Assembly: GCA_963555825.3 (NCBI GenBank)
Contig: CAUVXB020000002.1
Span: 2,176,001 to 2,240,000, forward strand
Length of the DNA stretch: 64,000 bases
DNA from: Alphaproteobacteria bacterium
Lineage (GTDB): Bacteria; Pseudomonadota; Alphaproteobacteria; JAAXGF01
Reading direction: 5' to 3'
The first letter of the stretch is position 1. Every line of letters starts with the position of its first letter. Below the pieces are notes generated by a model that was not told where the DNA came from, made no database searches, and worked only from the letters and a program-made list of their open reading frames with translations. The position numbers and the translations under genes were made by a program. This document shows positions 30,870 through 40,915 of this stretch, in pieces.

Positions 30870-32096
30870 TTATCCCGATTGCCGGCGCTGCGCGATACCG
30901 AGCTCGCGATCGCGATCGTCCAGGCGCATGCCGACGAGGCGGTTGAGGTTGATGAAGCCGTCCAGGAGGCCCGGAATGACGACCTCGGAGGGCTGGCTCT
31001 GCTGCGGCAACTGGCGCAGCGCGGTCGCCATGGCGAAGGGGTCGCGCATCTCGTCATCGACCAGCATCGACACCAGGCCCAGGTCGCGCGCCTGCACGGT
31101 GCGGATGTATTGCTCCATGCGCGGCACCCGGCGCGGCACGATCAGCGCCCGCTTGTCTAACGACAGGATCTCGCAGAAGGTGTTGTAGCCGCCCATGGCA
31201 ACGACGCCGGCGGCGCGCGCCATCAGGCCCTCGAGATAGGTGTCGAAGACGATCGCCTTGACCCGCGGCAGTTGGCTGACACGCTCTTGGAACATCGCCT
31301 GCAGCTCGGGTTGCATGAACGGTCCGAACACGATCAGCGCGTTCCACGGCGGCGGCGTGCTGCACTCATAGGCGCCCAGCACCCAGTCGATCAGTCCCTC
31401 GCCGTCACCGCCGCCGCCCGCGGTGACCAACAGATAGGGCTCCTCGATCAAGTCGCCGATGTGCGAGGCCGCCGCGCCCGCCGGCACGGTGCGCGGCAGA
31501 TAGCCGGTGAAGGTGACCTTGCGGCGTACCTTGGCGGGCATGTCGATCTCGGCGATCGGGTCGCAGATCTGCGGCAGGCCATAGATCCAGATGTCGTCGT
31601 AAAGATCGGTCAACGACGGCATGACTTTCTTGCGCTCCCATTCGGGCACCAGGAGCTTCGGTTCGTCGAGCACGTCGCGCAAGCCAAGGACGAGACGGGT
31701 GCCGCCTTCCTTGAGCATGCTCAGCGTGTCCTCGACCTCGCCGCGCAGGCCGAGCGGCTCCTTGTCGACGATGAAGATGTCGGGCTGGAAGATATCGGCG
31801 GTGTGCTTAATGATCGAGGCGCGCATCGCCAGCATCTGCTCGATGTCGATGTGCAGGTTGAGCGACGTGTATTCGCCGTTGCGCAGCTTGATGACGCCCG
31901 GGATGCGCACGAAGTCGACGCGGGCGCGAAAGTCGAAGCTGCCGATGATCGGCGAGCCCGACAGGATCAGCACCGACAGGTGCTTGTTTTCCTCGACCAG
32001 CGAATGGGCGATCGCGCGGCAACGGCGCAGATGTCCGAGCCCGAAGGTGTCGTGACTGTAGATCAGTACGCGGTGGCCTTCCGGATTGCGACTCAT
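30870..32096 (-). CDS. Predicted glycosyltransferase (GT28 C-terminal-like)
   Basis: YSHDTFGLGHLRR, AGGGGDG, MGGYNTFCE. Confidence 0.87.
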   Translation of the reverse strand: MSRNPEGHRVLIYSHDTFGLGHLRRCRAIAHSLVEENKHLSVLILSGSPIIGSFDFRARVDFVRIPGVIKLRNGEYTSLNLHIDIEQMLAMRASIIKHTADIFQPDIFIVDKEPLGLRGEVEDTLSMLKEGGTRLVLGLRDVLDEPKLLVPEWERKKVMPSLTDLYDDIWIYGLPQICDPIAEIDMPAKVRRKVTFTGYLPRTVPAGAAASHIGDLIEEPYLLVTAGGGGDGEGLIDWVLGAYECSTPPPWNALIVFGPFMQPELQAMFQERVSQLPRVKAIVFDTYLEGLMARAAGVVAMGGYNTFCEILSLDKRALIVPRRVPRMEQYIRTVQARDLGLVSMLVDDEMRDPFAMATALRQLPQQSQPSEVVIPGLLDGFINLNRLVGMRLDDRDRELGIAQRRQSG

Positions 32097-32296
32097 GCGC
32101 CCGGCCCCCCGATGCCATAGAAACCGACCGCGGACTATGGCACAAGCCAGGAATTGACGGAAGATTCCATTTTTCGGGCTTCCGCGGCCGCCCGGCGCGA
32201 ATAAGTTTACGGCCAGGCGAAGCTGGGCTAGGGTTGCCGGGTCGTTCCGCAGGTAAACCGCGACGTTGGGGGCCGGTTCCGGAACGGGTGCAGGTC

Positions 32297-34960
32297 ATGG
32301 ATCGCAGCTTATACAGTTTCATCTTTCGCTTCAGCAAGACGCAGCAAATTTACGTGCTGGCGATCACGCTGTGTTCGCTGCCGTTCTACTACGTCTCGCT
32401 CGACATCCCGAAGAGGATCGTCAACGGCGCGCTCGATACGGAGCAAGACGCGTTCCCCCTGCCGTTGGAGTTCTTCGGCTGGGAGATCACCGAGCTCGGC
32501 CGGTTTCCGCTGCTGTTCACGCTGTGCGGCCTGTTCCTCGCGCTCGTCTTTATCAACGGCGGCTTCAAGTATTTCATCAACGTATACAAGGGCCTGATGG
32601 GCGAGCGCATGCTGCGCCGCCTGCGCTACCTGCTCTATGGGCGCATCCTGCGCTTCCCGCTGCCGCATTTCCGCAAGGTCTCCCAAGGCGAGCTGATCCC
32701 GATGATCACGGCCGAGGTCGAGCCGTTGGGCGGTTTCATCGGCGACGCCTTCGCCCTGCCCGTGCACCAGGGCGGGCTGCTGATCACGGCGCTCATCTTC
32801 ATCATGGCGCAGGACTGGAAGATGGGCGTCGCGGCGATCGCGTTCTACCCGGTCCAGGGCTGGATCATCCCCAAGCTGCAGCGCACCGTGAACATGCTCG
32901 GCAAGCAGCGCGTTCAGGCGGTGCGCAAGCTGTCGGACCGGATCGGCGAGGCGGTCACGGGCGCCGGCGAGATCCACGCCCACGACACCTCGGCGTACGA
33001 ACTGGCGGACTTCTCGTCGCGGCTGGGGCGGATCTTCGAGATCCGCTACCAGATCTACCGCAAGAAGTTCTTCATGAAGTTCCTCAACAACTTCCTGAAC
33101 CAGTTGACGCCCTTCTTCTTCTTCTCGATCGGCGGCTATCTGGTGATCCAGGGCGAGCTCTCGCTCGGCTCGCTGGTCGCGATCCTGGCCGCCTACAAGG
33201 ACCTCGCGCCGCCCTGGAAGGAATTGCTCAACTACTACCAGCGCCAGGCCGATAGCCGCATCAAATACGACCAGGTGGTCTCGCAGTTCGAGCCGCCCGG
33301 CATGTGGGACGAAGACCGGGTCACGGCGGATGTCGAGCGTGCCGAACCGCTCGCCGGCGCCATCGAGGCGGGCAACCTGACGCTCGCCGACGCCGATGTC
33401 CGCATCGTCGACGCGGCGTCGTTCACGATCGGCCTCAACGAGCGCATCGCCATCGTCGGCGCCGGCGGCAGCGGCAAGGAGGAGCTCGCCCAGATGCTGC
33501 CCGGCCTCTTGGCGCCGACCGGCGGCAGCCTCAAGATCGGCCCGCACGACGTGCAGTCGCTGCCCGAGGCGCTGCTCGGCCGCCGCATCGCCTATGTCGG
33601 TGCGCAGACCCAGCTGTTCTCGGCGAGCATCGGCGACAACCTGCTCTATGGCCTCAAGCACCGGCCACTGATCGATGTTGAATACGACGACGCCGCCGCC
33701 GTCGAGCGCAAGCGCGAAATGTCCGAATCGCTGGCCTCGGGCAACACCACCGCCGACCCCGGCGCCGACTGGATCGATTATGCCGCCGCCGGCGTCGAGA
33801 ACCGTGAAGAGCTCGGCCGCGCGGCGATCCGCGCGCTCGGCGTTGCCGAGATGGTCGACGACATTTACCAGCTCGGCCTGCGCGGCGCGATCGACCCGGC
33901 GAAGAACGCCGAGGCCGCCGAGAGCATCCTCAAAGCGCGCCGTTCACTGCGCGACCACCTGGCCGAGGCGAACATCGAGCAGCTCGTCGAGCCGTTCGAC
34001 AAGACGACGTACAACACCAACGCGACGGTCGCCGAGAACCTGCTGTTCGGCACGCCGGTCGGCGGCACCTTCGACATGAATCGCCTTGCCGAGAACGCCT
34101 ATGTCGTCGCGGTGCTCGAGAAGTGCGGCCTGATCGAGGATATTCTGGTCATGGGCTTCGACGTCGCGACGACCATGGTCGAGCTGTTCTCGGACCTGCC
34201 GCCGGATCACGAATTCTTCGAGCAGTTCGGCTTCATCAAGGCCGACGACCTGCCCGACTACAAGGAGCTGATCGGCCGCGCCGACCGGGGCGACCTCGCC
34301 GCGCTGAAGGACGAGGAGCGCGGCATGCTGATGTCGCTGCCGTTCCTTCTGATCCCAGCGCGCCATGCGCTCGGCATGATCGACGAGCCGATGCAGGCGC
34401 GTTTGCTCGAAGCGCGCGCCGCCTTCGCCGAGGGCCTCCCGGAAGAACACGCCGACGCCATCGAGTTTTTCGACCGCGACAGCTACAACGCGGCGGCCAG
34501 CCTGCAGGACAACATCCTGTTCGGCAAGCTGGCCTACGGTCAGGCGAAGGCGTCGAGCCGCATCGGCGCGCTGATCTCCGAGATCATCGACGAACTGGCG
34601 CTGCGCGACACCGTCGTCAAGGCGGGCTTCGATTTCCAGGTCGGCATCGGCGGCACGCGGCTGTCGGCGGCGCAGCGCCAGAAACTGGCGATCGCGCGCT
34701 GCGTGCTCAAGCGGCCCGACGTCCTGATCTTGTCCGAGGCGACGGCGCCGCTCGACGGCGCGACGCAGACCAAGATCACCACCAATCTGCTTACCGAATT
34801 TGAGAGCCGGGCGCTCATCTGGGTGCTGCACCGGCCCAGCCTGGCCAGCCAGTTCGACCGCGTGCTCGTCATGCGCGGCGGCCGCGTTGTCGAGCAAGGC
34901 AACTTCGCCGAGCTCGACCAACCCGACACGCATTTCAAGGAGCTGATCGCGGCGGAATAG
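32297..34960 (+). CDS. ABC exporter, fused permease + atypical ATP-binding domain
   Basis: N-terminal TMD; GAGGSGKE, long insertion, LSAAQRQK, LILSEAT, LHR. Confidence 0.88.
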   Translation: MDRSLYSFIFRFSKTQQIYVLAITLCSLPFYYVSLDIPKRIVNGALDTEQDAFPLPLEFFGWEITELGRFPLLFTLCGLFLALVFINGGFKYFINVYKGLMGERMLRRLRYLLYGRILRFPLPHFRKVSQGELIPMITAEVEPLGGFIGDAFALPVHQGGLLITALIFIMAQDWKMGVAAIAFYPVQGWIIPKLQRTVNMLGKQRVQAVRKLSDRIGEAVTGAGEIHAHDTSAYELADFSSRLGRIFEIRYQIYRKKFFMKFLNNFLNQLTPFFFFSIGGYLVIQGELSLGSLVAILAAYKDLAPPWKELLNYYQRQADSRIKYDQVVSQFEPPGMWDEDRVTADVERAEPLAGAIEAGNLTLADADVRIVDAASFTIGLNERIAIVGAGGSGKEELAQMLPGLLAPTGGSLKIGPHDVQSLPEALLGRRIAYVGAQTQLFSASIGDNLLYGLKHRPLIDVEYDDAAAVERKREMSESLASGNTTADPGADWIDYAAAGVENREELGRAAIRALGVAEMVDDIYQLGLRGAIDPAKNAEAAESILKARRSLRDHLAEANIEQLVEPFDKTTYNTNATVAENLLFGTPVGGTFDMNRLAENAYVVAVLEKCGLIEDILVMGFDVATTMVELFSDLPPDHEFFEQFGFIKADDLPDYKELIGRADRGDLAALKDEERGMLMSLPFLLIPARHALGMIDEPMQARLLEARAAFAEGLPEEHADAIEFFDRDSYNAAASLQDNILFGKLAYGQAKASSRIGALISEIIDELALRDTVVKAGFDFQVGIGGTRLSAAQRQKLAIARCVLKRPDVLILSEATAPLDGATQTKITTNLLTEFESRALIWVLHRPSLASQFDRVLVMRGGRVVEQGNFAELDQPDTHFKELIAAE

Positions 34961-35012
34961 TCCGCCGCGTCAAATACCAAGGATCATTGATCCTTGGTAT
35001 GAGGACAGAGCC

Positions 35013-35480
35013 ATGTCGTTGAACGAAGACGTCGAACGGTTACGCAACATCCCGTTGTTCGCCAAGATAGAGCCGAGCAAGCTCAAGCTGCTCGCTTTCA
35101 CCGCGCAACGGCTCACCTTCAACGCCGACGAAAGCCTGTTCCATCAAGGCGACATCGGCGACGCCGCCTACATCATCATCGACGGCAACGCCGACGTCGT
35201 GGTCGACACGCCGAACGGGCCGATCACCGTGGCGACGCTGGGCAAGAACGCCTTCGTCGGCGAGATCGCCATTCTGTGCGACGTGCCGCGCACGGCCACC
35301 GTGACGGCGACCAGCGAACTGACCACGATCTGCATCTCGAAGGAGCTGTTCTTCCAGCTGGTCGGCCAGTTCCCGCAGATGGCGATTGAGATCATGCGCG
35401 AGCTCGCCCACCGGCTCGAACTGACGACGCGGGATCTGCAGGAGGCGGTCACCAAGCTCAAGGCGGCCGAGTCGCGGTAA
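35013..35480 (+). CDS. Stand-alone cyclic nucleotide-binding domain protein
   Basis: LFHQGDIGD, FVGEIAIL, PRTATV; no HTH domain. Confidence 0.9.
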   Translation: MSLNEDVERLRNIPLFAKIEPSKLKLLAFTAQRLTFNADESLFHQGDIGDAAYIIIDGNADVVVDTPNGPITVATLGKNAFVGEIAILCDVPRTATVTATSELTTICISKELFFQLVGQFPQMAIEIMRELAHRLELTTRDLQEAVTKLKAAESR

Positions 35481-35509
35481 CCGCGCCGCGCCCACCTGAC
35501 CCGACTGAC

Positions 35510-36004
35510 GTGAGCCGTCTCGACAGCTTCATCCGCCGCCTGTCGGCGCAACGCGATTGCCTCGCCGAGGCGGCGCGGCTGATCGCCGGTCTGCCCGGCC
35601 CGGTGCTCGAGCTCGGGCTCGGCAACGGCCGCACCTACGATCACCTGCGCGAGACCCTGCCCGGCCGCGAAATCTTCGTCTTCGACCGCCAAATCGCCGC
35701 CCATCCCGACTGCATCCCCGACGCCGATCACATGATGCTCGGCGATTTCGCCGACACGCTGCCCGGCGTGGCGGCGCGGCTGCCCGCGCCGGTCGCGCTG
35801 GCGCATATGGACGTCGGCCTGCACGACCCGGCCGCCAACGCCGCGCAATGCGCCCTGGTCGCCGGCGCCGTCGCGCCCCTGATGGCGGCGGGCGGCGTCA
35901 TCGTCGCCGATCAGGCGATGACGCAACCGGGCTGGACGCCGCTCGCGCTGCCTAACGGCGTGCCCGAGGACCGCTACTTCATGTACCGGGTGGTGGGGGA
36001 CTAG
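35510..36004 (+). CDS. Small class I SAM-dependent methyltransferase (Methyltransf_17-like)
   Basis: MSRLDSFIRRL, VLELGLGNGRTYDHLRE. Confidence 0.85.
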   Translation: MSRLDSFIRRLSAQRDCLAEAARLIAGLPGPVLELGLGNGRTYDHLRETLPGREIFVFDRQIAAHPDCIPDADHMMLGDFADTLPGVAARLPAPVALAHMDVGLHDPAANAAQCALVAGAVAPLMAAGGVIVADQAMTQPGWTPLALPNGVPEDRYFMYRVVGD

Positions 36005-36276
36005 CCCGGATTTCTCACCAAGGACAGGCGCGTCATCGCGTCGGGCGGAGCCGATCCGCCAGGAGAAGGCCGCCGAGCGTGGCCTGGGCCACGGTCAAGG
36101 TCTTCGACGCCGCGGACGGCCCGCCCGGCGCGACTCTTAAGGGCGACGGATCTCGGACGACAGGCCGCGTCAAAGCGCTTGCCCGATGCGTTAGCATCGT
36201 GGCCTGCACGCTTTTCCTAGCCTGTTGTCCGATATCCGCCGTGCCTCACCTGTCCATGGTGAGAAGGCCGGGCTAG
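36001..36276. mobile_element. 276-bp MITE copy 2, CTAG-flanked
   Basis: Same TIRs, length and orientation as 19859-20134, with scattered substitutions. Confidence 0.85.
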
Positions 36277-36332
36277 CGCGCAGCCTGACCGAATCCGATC
36301 ATCGGACTATGCGCTGGGACCAACGCGGCCGG

Positions 36333-37211
36333 TCATTGGGCGGCGGCCGACGGCGATCGTTGGCCATCGATGAACGCCGCGGCGTCGCTCAGCACGGGCG
36401 CAATGCCCCTGAAAGGCCTGGCGAGCGCGAATACGATCTCGAGATGCCCGACGTCCGGGTAGATGATGTGGCGCGCGTTCCCGCCGGCGTCTCGAACCGC
36501 CTTCGAAAGCTTGACCGTGTTGGAGACGAACACCGTATCGTCATCTTCGCCATGAAGCAGCAGCATCGGCGCTTCATCGCCGTCGACGAACACGATAGGC
36601 CGCGCCGTATTCTGGTCGGCGAGATGGGCGAAGATCGGCGCGACGCTCGCGGTTCGCGACGGATAAAACGCGTACGGGCCGGCCAGAGCGATGGTGCCGC
36701 GGATACTGTTCCGAGGCACGCCTTCGGCCGCCAGATAGCTTTCATCCAGGGTGAGCATCGCGGCGATATGGGCGCCCGCCGAGTGTCCCATCAGATACAG
36801 CCGGTCGGGGTCGCCGGCGAAGTCGGCAACGTGCTCCAACACCCAACGCACCGCCTTCGCGCCATCCTCGACGAAGGCCGGGAAGCGGACGTCCGGGAAC
36901 AGGCGATAGTCGGGCACGACCGCGACGTAGCCGCGACTCGCCAGCGCATCGGCGGCGAAACGATAGTCGGCGCGTTCGCCGCCGCGCCAGCTTCCGCCGT
37001 AGAAGAAGACGACGACGGGCAACGGACCATCCCGTAGCTTCGGAACATAGATGTCCAAAGCATGGCGGGCCTTCGGGCCGAATCGAATCGCCGAATGCAC
37101 GGTAAAGCCGTCTTCGTCTATCGTCGCATTGAGAATCGTGAACGGTGAGCACGCCGAAAGCGCGAACAGCGCGGCAAGGAACATCGACAAGCGACGCAGC
37201 GCCATGAGCAT
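36333..37211 (-). CDS. Alpha/beta hydrolase (esterase/lipase), probable lipoprotein
   Basis: LSAC lipobox, YGGSW, GHSAG, LHGEDD, GH. Confidence 0.88.
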   Translation of the reverse strand: MLMALRRLSMFLAALFALSACSPFTILNATIDEDGFTVHSAIRFGPKARHALDIYVPKLRDGPLPVVVFFYGGSWRGGERADYRFAADALASRGYVAVVPDYRLFPDVRFPAFVEDGAKAVRWVLEHVADFAGDPDRLYLMGHSAGAHIAAMLTLDESYLAAEGVPRNSIRGTIALAGPYAFYPSRTASVAPIFAHLADQNTARPIVFVDGDEAPMLLLHGEDDDTVFVSNTVKLSKAVRDAGGNARHIIYPDVGHLEIVFALARPFRGIAPVLSDAAAFIDGQRSPSAAAQ

Positions 37212-37320
37212 CGTCGTTCGGTGCGTTGGCGATACATTGCGGACGCCGCCAACCCGACCCGCCATCGGCGACGAACACGCGGTACCTCTGGATTCCTGGC
37301 ACCTAATCATGACTCGGGCG

Positions 37321-38079
37321 CTAGCGCCCGGTGAACTTGGGCTTGCGGCGTTCGGCGAAGGCGGCGAGGCCTTCCTTCATGTCCGCGGAGGCGAAGCAGG
37401 CGAGGATTTCCTGTGCCGCCCGGCCCTCGTCGAGCGCGCCGCGCTGGATCTCGATCAGGGCGCGCTTCATGCCCTGGACGGCGCCGGGCGCGACGCCGGC
37501 GAGCGCCTCGACCAGGGCGTCGACGCGCGCTTGGAACGCTTCGCGCGGCTCGAGCCAGTCGAGATAACCGATCCGCAACAGCTCCTCGGCGTCCATCGTT
37601 TCGTCGGCGAGCAGCAGGCGGCGCGCCGGGCCGGGACCCAAACGCGCGGCAAACCGGCGGATGCCGCCGACGTTGTAGAAAACGCCGAGCCGCGCCGCCG
37701 GCATGGCTAGTTTCATGCCGGCGACGCCGACACGGAAATCGCAGGCCAGCGCCAGATCGGCGGCGCCGCCGTAGACCGCGCCGTTGAGCGCGCAGACCGT
37801 CGGCACGCGGACGTCCTCGAGCCCGTTCGTGAGTCTCTCGATCGGGTTGTCGCGCCAGTCGGTGGTCGCCACGTCGCCGTGGGCGAAGCCGGCGCTGAAC
37901 GCCTTCTCGCCGGCGCCGGTGATGACCAACACGCGGACGGCGGCGGCGGCGTCGACATCGTCCAAGAGCGCGCCGAACCGGTCGAGATCGGCGAGCGCGA
38001 GCATGTTGCGCTTGTCGGGCCGCTCGATCGTGATCGTCGCGCGGTGGCCGGCGAATTCGAGGCGCAGGTGCTTGCCCAT
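37321..38079 (-). CDS. Enoyl-CoA hydratase/isomerase
   Basis: AFSAG, GGAADLALACDFR, AFAERRKPKF. Confidence 0.88.
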   Translation of the reverse strand: MGKHLRLEFAGHRATITIERPDKRNMLALADLDRFGALLDDVDAAAAVRVLVITGAGEKAFSAGFAHGDVATTDWRDNPIERLTNGLEDVRVPTVCALNGAVYGGAADLALACDFRVGVAGMKLAMPAARLGVFYNVGGIRRFAARLGPGPARRLLLADETMDAEELLRIGYLDWLEPREAFQARVDALVEALAGVAPGAVQGMKRALIEIQRGALDEGRAAQEILACFASADMKEGLAAFAERRKPKFTGR

Positions 38080-38086
38080 GATCGGC

Positions 38087-38884
38087 TCAGACCTCGAGCG
38101 TGGCGATGACCGGGACGTGGTCGGACGGCGCCGCCCAGCCGCGCGCGTCGCGCTGAACCTCGGCCCCGCTCAGCGCGTCGGCGAGCGCCGGCGTCACCCA
38201 GACGTGGTCGAGCCGGCGGCCGCGGTCGGCTTCATCCCAGTCGCGTGCGCGGTAGCTCCACCAGCTATAGACGTGTTGATCGGGCGGAATGAAGGCGCGT
38301 ACCGCGTCGACCCAGTCGTGCGCCGCGCGCAGGCGCTCGAGCGCCTCGACCTCGACCGGCGTGTGGCTGACCACCTTCAAGAGCGCCTTGTGCGACCAGA
38401 CGTCGGTCTCGAGCGGCGCGATGTTGAGGTCGCCGACCAGCACCAGCCGGTTGCCCGGCGCCTTGCGCGCGGCGAACCAGTTGGTCATCTCGGCGAGGAA
38501 CTGGAGCTTGTGGGCGAACTTGTCGTTGACCGCCGGGTCGGGCACGTCGCCGCCCGCCGGGACATACAAATTGTTGATCTCGATGCCGTTCTCGAGGACC
38601 GCCACCGCATGGCGGCCGTCGGCCTTGCCGCACCAGCCGGGCGTCTCGCTATGCGCGAGGGGCAGGCGCGAGAGGATCGCGACGCCGTTGTAGCCCTTGA
38701 TGCCGGTCACCACGCTGTGGCGGTAGCCGAGCGTGGCGAAGTCCTCGATCGGGAACAGCGCGTCGACCACCTTGGTCTCCTGCAGGCAGATGACGTGCGG
38801 TTCGTGTTGCTCGACGAGCGCGGCGATGCCGTTGAGGCGGATACGCACCGAGTTGACGTTCCAGGTCGCGATACGAAGCTGCAC
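38087..38884 (-). CDS. xth: Exodeoxyribonuclease III
   Basis: IATWNVNSVR, LQETK, GDLNIAP, YSWWSYR, RLDH, PSDHVP. Confidence 0.93.
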   Translation of the reverse strand: MQLRIATWNVNSVRIRLNGIAALVEQHEPHVICLQETKVVDALFPIEDFATLGYRHSVVTGIKGYNGVAILSRLPLAHSETPGWCGKADGRHAVAVLENGIEINNLYVPAGGDVPDPAVNDKFAHKLQFLAEMTNWFAARKAPGNRLVLVGDLNIAPLETDVWSHKALLKVVSHTPVEVEALERLRAAHDWVDAVRAFIPPDQHVYSWWSYRARDWDEADRGRRLDHVWVTPALADALSGAEVQRDARGWAAPSDHVPVIATLEV

Positions 38885-39029
38885 GATGTCGGCGGGTCCG
38901 TCGGTGGCGGGGCGGCGGACTCTAGCGCGTTATTCGATCGATGGGAATCTATCGCGTGCGGCCCGGCGATGCCGCCGCGCCGGCCGGCCGGGAAGGCCTC
39001 GGGCGGCGCGGCGGCATGCCGTGCGCGGA

Positions 39030-39197
39030 TTAGTCGTTGCGCGCGACCCTCGGGTGTTGCCCGGCGGCTACCGAGTCGATGTCGGCGCGCGTGATGCCGA
39101 TATCGCGAAGCTGGGCGTCCGAGAGGCCGGCCAGCTGATTGCGGATCGCATCCCGGCTGCGCCAACGCCGGACCGAATCGAAGAAGTTCGTCAGCAT
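39030..39197 (-). CDS. DUF1127 small protein, 55 aa (absent from ORF track)
   Basis: MLTNFFDSVRRWRSRDAIRNQLAGLSDAQLRDIGITRADIDSVAAGQHPRVARND*; AAGGAG RBS; GC hairpin at 38969-39017 downstream. Confidence 0.85.
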   Translation of the reverse strand: MLTNFFDSVRRWRSRDAIRNQLAGLSDAQLRDIGITRADIDSVAAGQHPRVARND

Positions 39198-39369
39198 CGT
39201 TGGTCTCCTTGTCTGGCGAGCCCGGGCACGGCGGTGCTCGGGAGGCGATAGATGGGTTCGACCCGCGCCGCCGACCAGCCGCGCTGGCGCCCATCAGCCA
39301 TGCGGCGACTGCATGGCTTCGGCGCGGCCCAGCACGGCGCGCGCGCTAAAATTCGGCTATCATTCCACC

Positions 39370-40089
39370 ATGGACGTGCTGATCATCGAACATATGGATA
39401 CGGCGGGGCCCGCCGCGCTTGGCGACGCGCTCGAGGCCGCCGGCGCGCGGCTCGACCTGCGCGACGCCGGCGCCGGCGCCGCGCTGCCGGCCGACGCCGC
39501 CGGCCACGGCGGGCTGGTCGTGCTGGGCGGCGTGATGAACGCCAACGACGACGCCGCCTTTCCGCATCTCGCCGCCTGCGTCGACCTGATCCGCGCTTTC
39601 CACGCGCGCGGCAAGCCGGTGCTCGGCATCTGCCTGGGCGGCCAGTTGATCGCCCGCGCCTTCGACGCGACGGTCTGGCGGGGCCGCGCGCGCGAACGCG
39701 GCTTCGTGCCGATCGCGCACACAGCGGCCGCGGCGCGGGACGCCTTGCTCGGCGGTCTCGCGCCGCCGCACTGGCTGATGCAGTGGCACGACGACAGCTT
39801 CGAGGTACCCGCCGGCGCCGCGCGGCTGATGACCGGCCAGGCCTGCCGCAATCAGGCGTTCCGGATCGGCGACGTGACGTACGCCTTCCAGTGCCATTTC
39901 GAGGTGACGCGGGCCTTGGTCGAGCGCTGGGTCGCGAGTTTCAAGGCGCCGCCGACCGACCCGATCGACATCGATTTCGTCGGCCGCATAGACGACGAGC
40001 TGACGCGCCACATCGCCGCCTCGATGGCGTTCTGCGATGCGGTCGGCCGCCGCTGGGCCGCCCTCGTCGCCGCCCGCCGCGCCGCCTGA
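39370..40089 (+). CDS. Type 1 glutamine amidotransferase
   Basis: LGICLGGQL, QWHDDSF, FQCHFE. Confidence 0.9.
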   Translation: MDVLIIEHMDTAGPAALGDALEAAGARLDLRDAGAGAALPADAAGHGGLVVLGGVMNANDDAAFPHLAACVDLIRAFHARGKPVLGICLGGQLIARAFDATVWRGRARERGFVPIAHTAAAARDALLGGLAPPHWLMQWHDDSFEVPAGAARLMTGQACRNQAFRIGDVTYAFQCHFEVTRALVERWVASFKAPPTDPIDIDFVGRIDDELTRHIAASMAFCDAVGRRWAALVAARRAA

Positions 40090-40145
40090 TCCCGTCACCG
40101 CGCCCAGGCCATGCCGATGCAAAACGCAGCGCGCCATTTTGTAAC

Positions 40146-40211
40146 GGGGTCAGACACCATTTTTCGACGATAACACATTGTTTATCAATACTATAAAGGG
40201 GGTCAGACACC
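40146..40211 (+). repeat. Direct doublet of GGGGTCAGACACC
   Basis: Exact copies at 40146-40158 and 40199-40211 with an AT-rich spacer. Confidence 0.8.
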
Positions 40212-40324
40212 GTTATTCGCAAAACCAATCCGGCCGAGGTCGGCGCTCCAAAATGCTTGTCGAGCAGCCGTCCAACCCACTAATGTTCGACCAGAGACGT
40301 CCTTACTTGGGGAATGTCGGTCAA

Positions 40325-40756
40325 ATGAAAGCGAATGACCTCGACAGCGCGATCGAACAGAGCCACGCGGCTCTAGGCGCGATCCTGAAAGGCGACCCCA
40401 GTGGTTACCAAGCATTGTACTCCGATGCGGAAGACGTGACTCTGGGCAACCCGTTCGGCCCGTACGCATGCGGCCGGCAGAAGGTTGAAGCAACCCTGGC
40501 CGGCGCCGCCTCGCACTACCGCGATGGAGAGGTCACTGGTGTAGAACTCATAGCGAATTATGTATCCGACGACCTCGCGTGCATAGTCGAGGTGGAGCGC
40601 GGGCAAGCTAAGGTCGGCGGCGGCAAGGAACTCGTCCAGGTAGCTATACGCGTGACCAGCGTGTTTCGATTGGAGCAAGGTGCTTGGAAGCTCGTACATC
40701 GGCACGCGGATCCGATTACGACGCCACGGCCGGCAGCGTCCGTTGTCAGCAAATAG
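40325..40756 (+). CDS. NTF2/SnoaL-like (DUF4440-type) protein
   Basis: LGNPFG, RVTSVFR, WKLVHRHADP; codon usage less GC-biased than neighbours. Confidence 0.8.
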   Translation: MKANDLDSAIEQSHAALGAILKGDPSGYQALYSDAEDVTLGNPFGPYACGRQKVEATLAGAASHYRDGEVTGVELIANYVSDDLACIVEVERGQAKVGGGKELVQVAIRVTSVFRLEQGAWKLVHRHADPITTPRPAASVVSK

Positions 40757-40800
40757 CGCGCTGCCGGTAGGCCGGCCGGGTGCCGCCATACACAAGCGCG

Positions 40801-40910
40801 GCCTAACAAGGCACTGCAGCTGACGTGGCACGGCTCGCTCCAATCGAAGTCTGGTAGCATTCTGGCATCAACCTTGGGTGCCTCGGCAACGGTCATCGCC
40901 GGCGCCGCGA
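40801..40910 (+). other. Truncated integron attC-like site (left arm only)
   Basis: GCCTAAC (RYYYAAC) followed by AAGGCACTGCAGCTGACG just after a gene stop; no complementary right arm or GTTRRRY found. Confidence 0.6.
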
Positions 40911-40915
40911 ACTAA

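Noticed and set aside
36277-36315. Short similarity (reverse complement CGCATAGTCCGA) to 59048-59059 next to the ftsK-flanking repeat
   Set aside because: Only about 12 bp of identity; too short to claim a third copy.
40178-40324. Longer N-terminus for the NTF2-like protein
   Set aside because: It runs through the repeat doublet; the ATG at 40325 gives a normal-sized domain.
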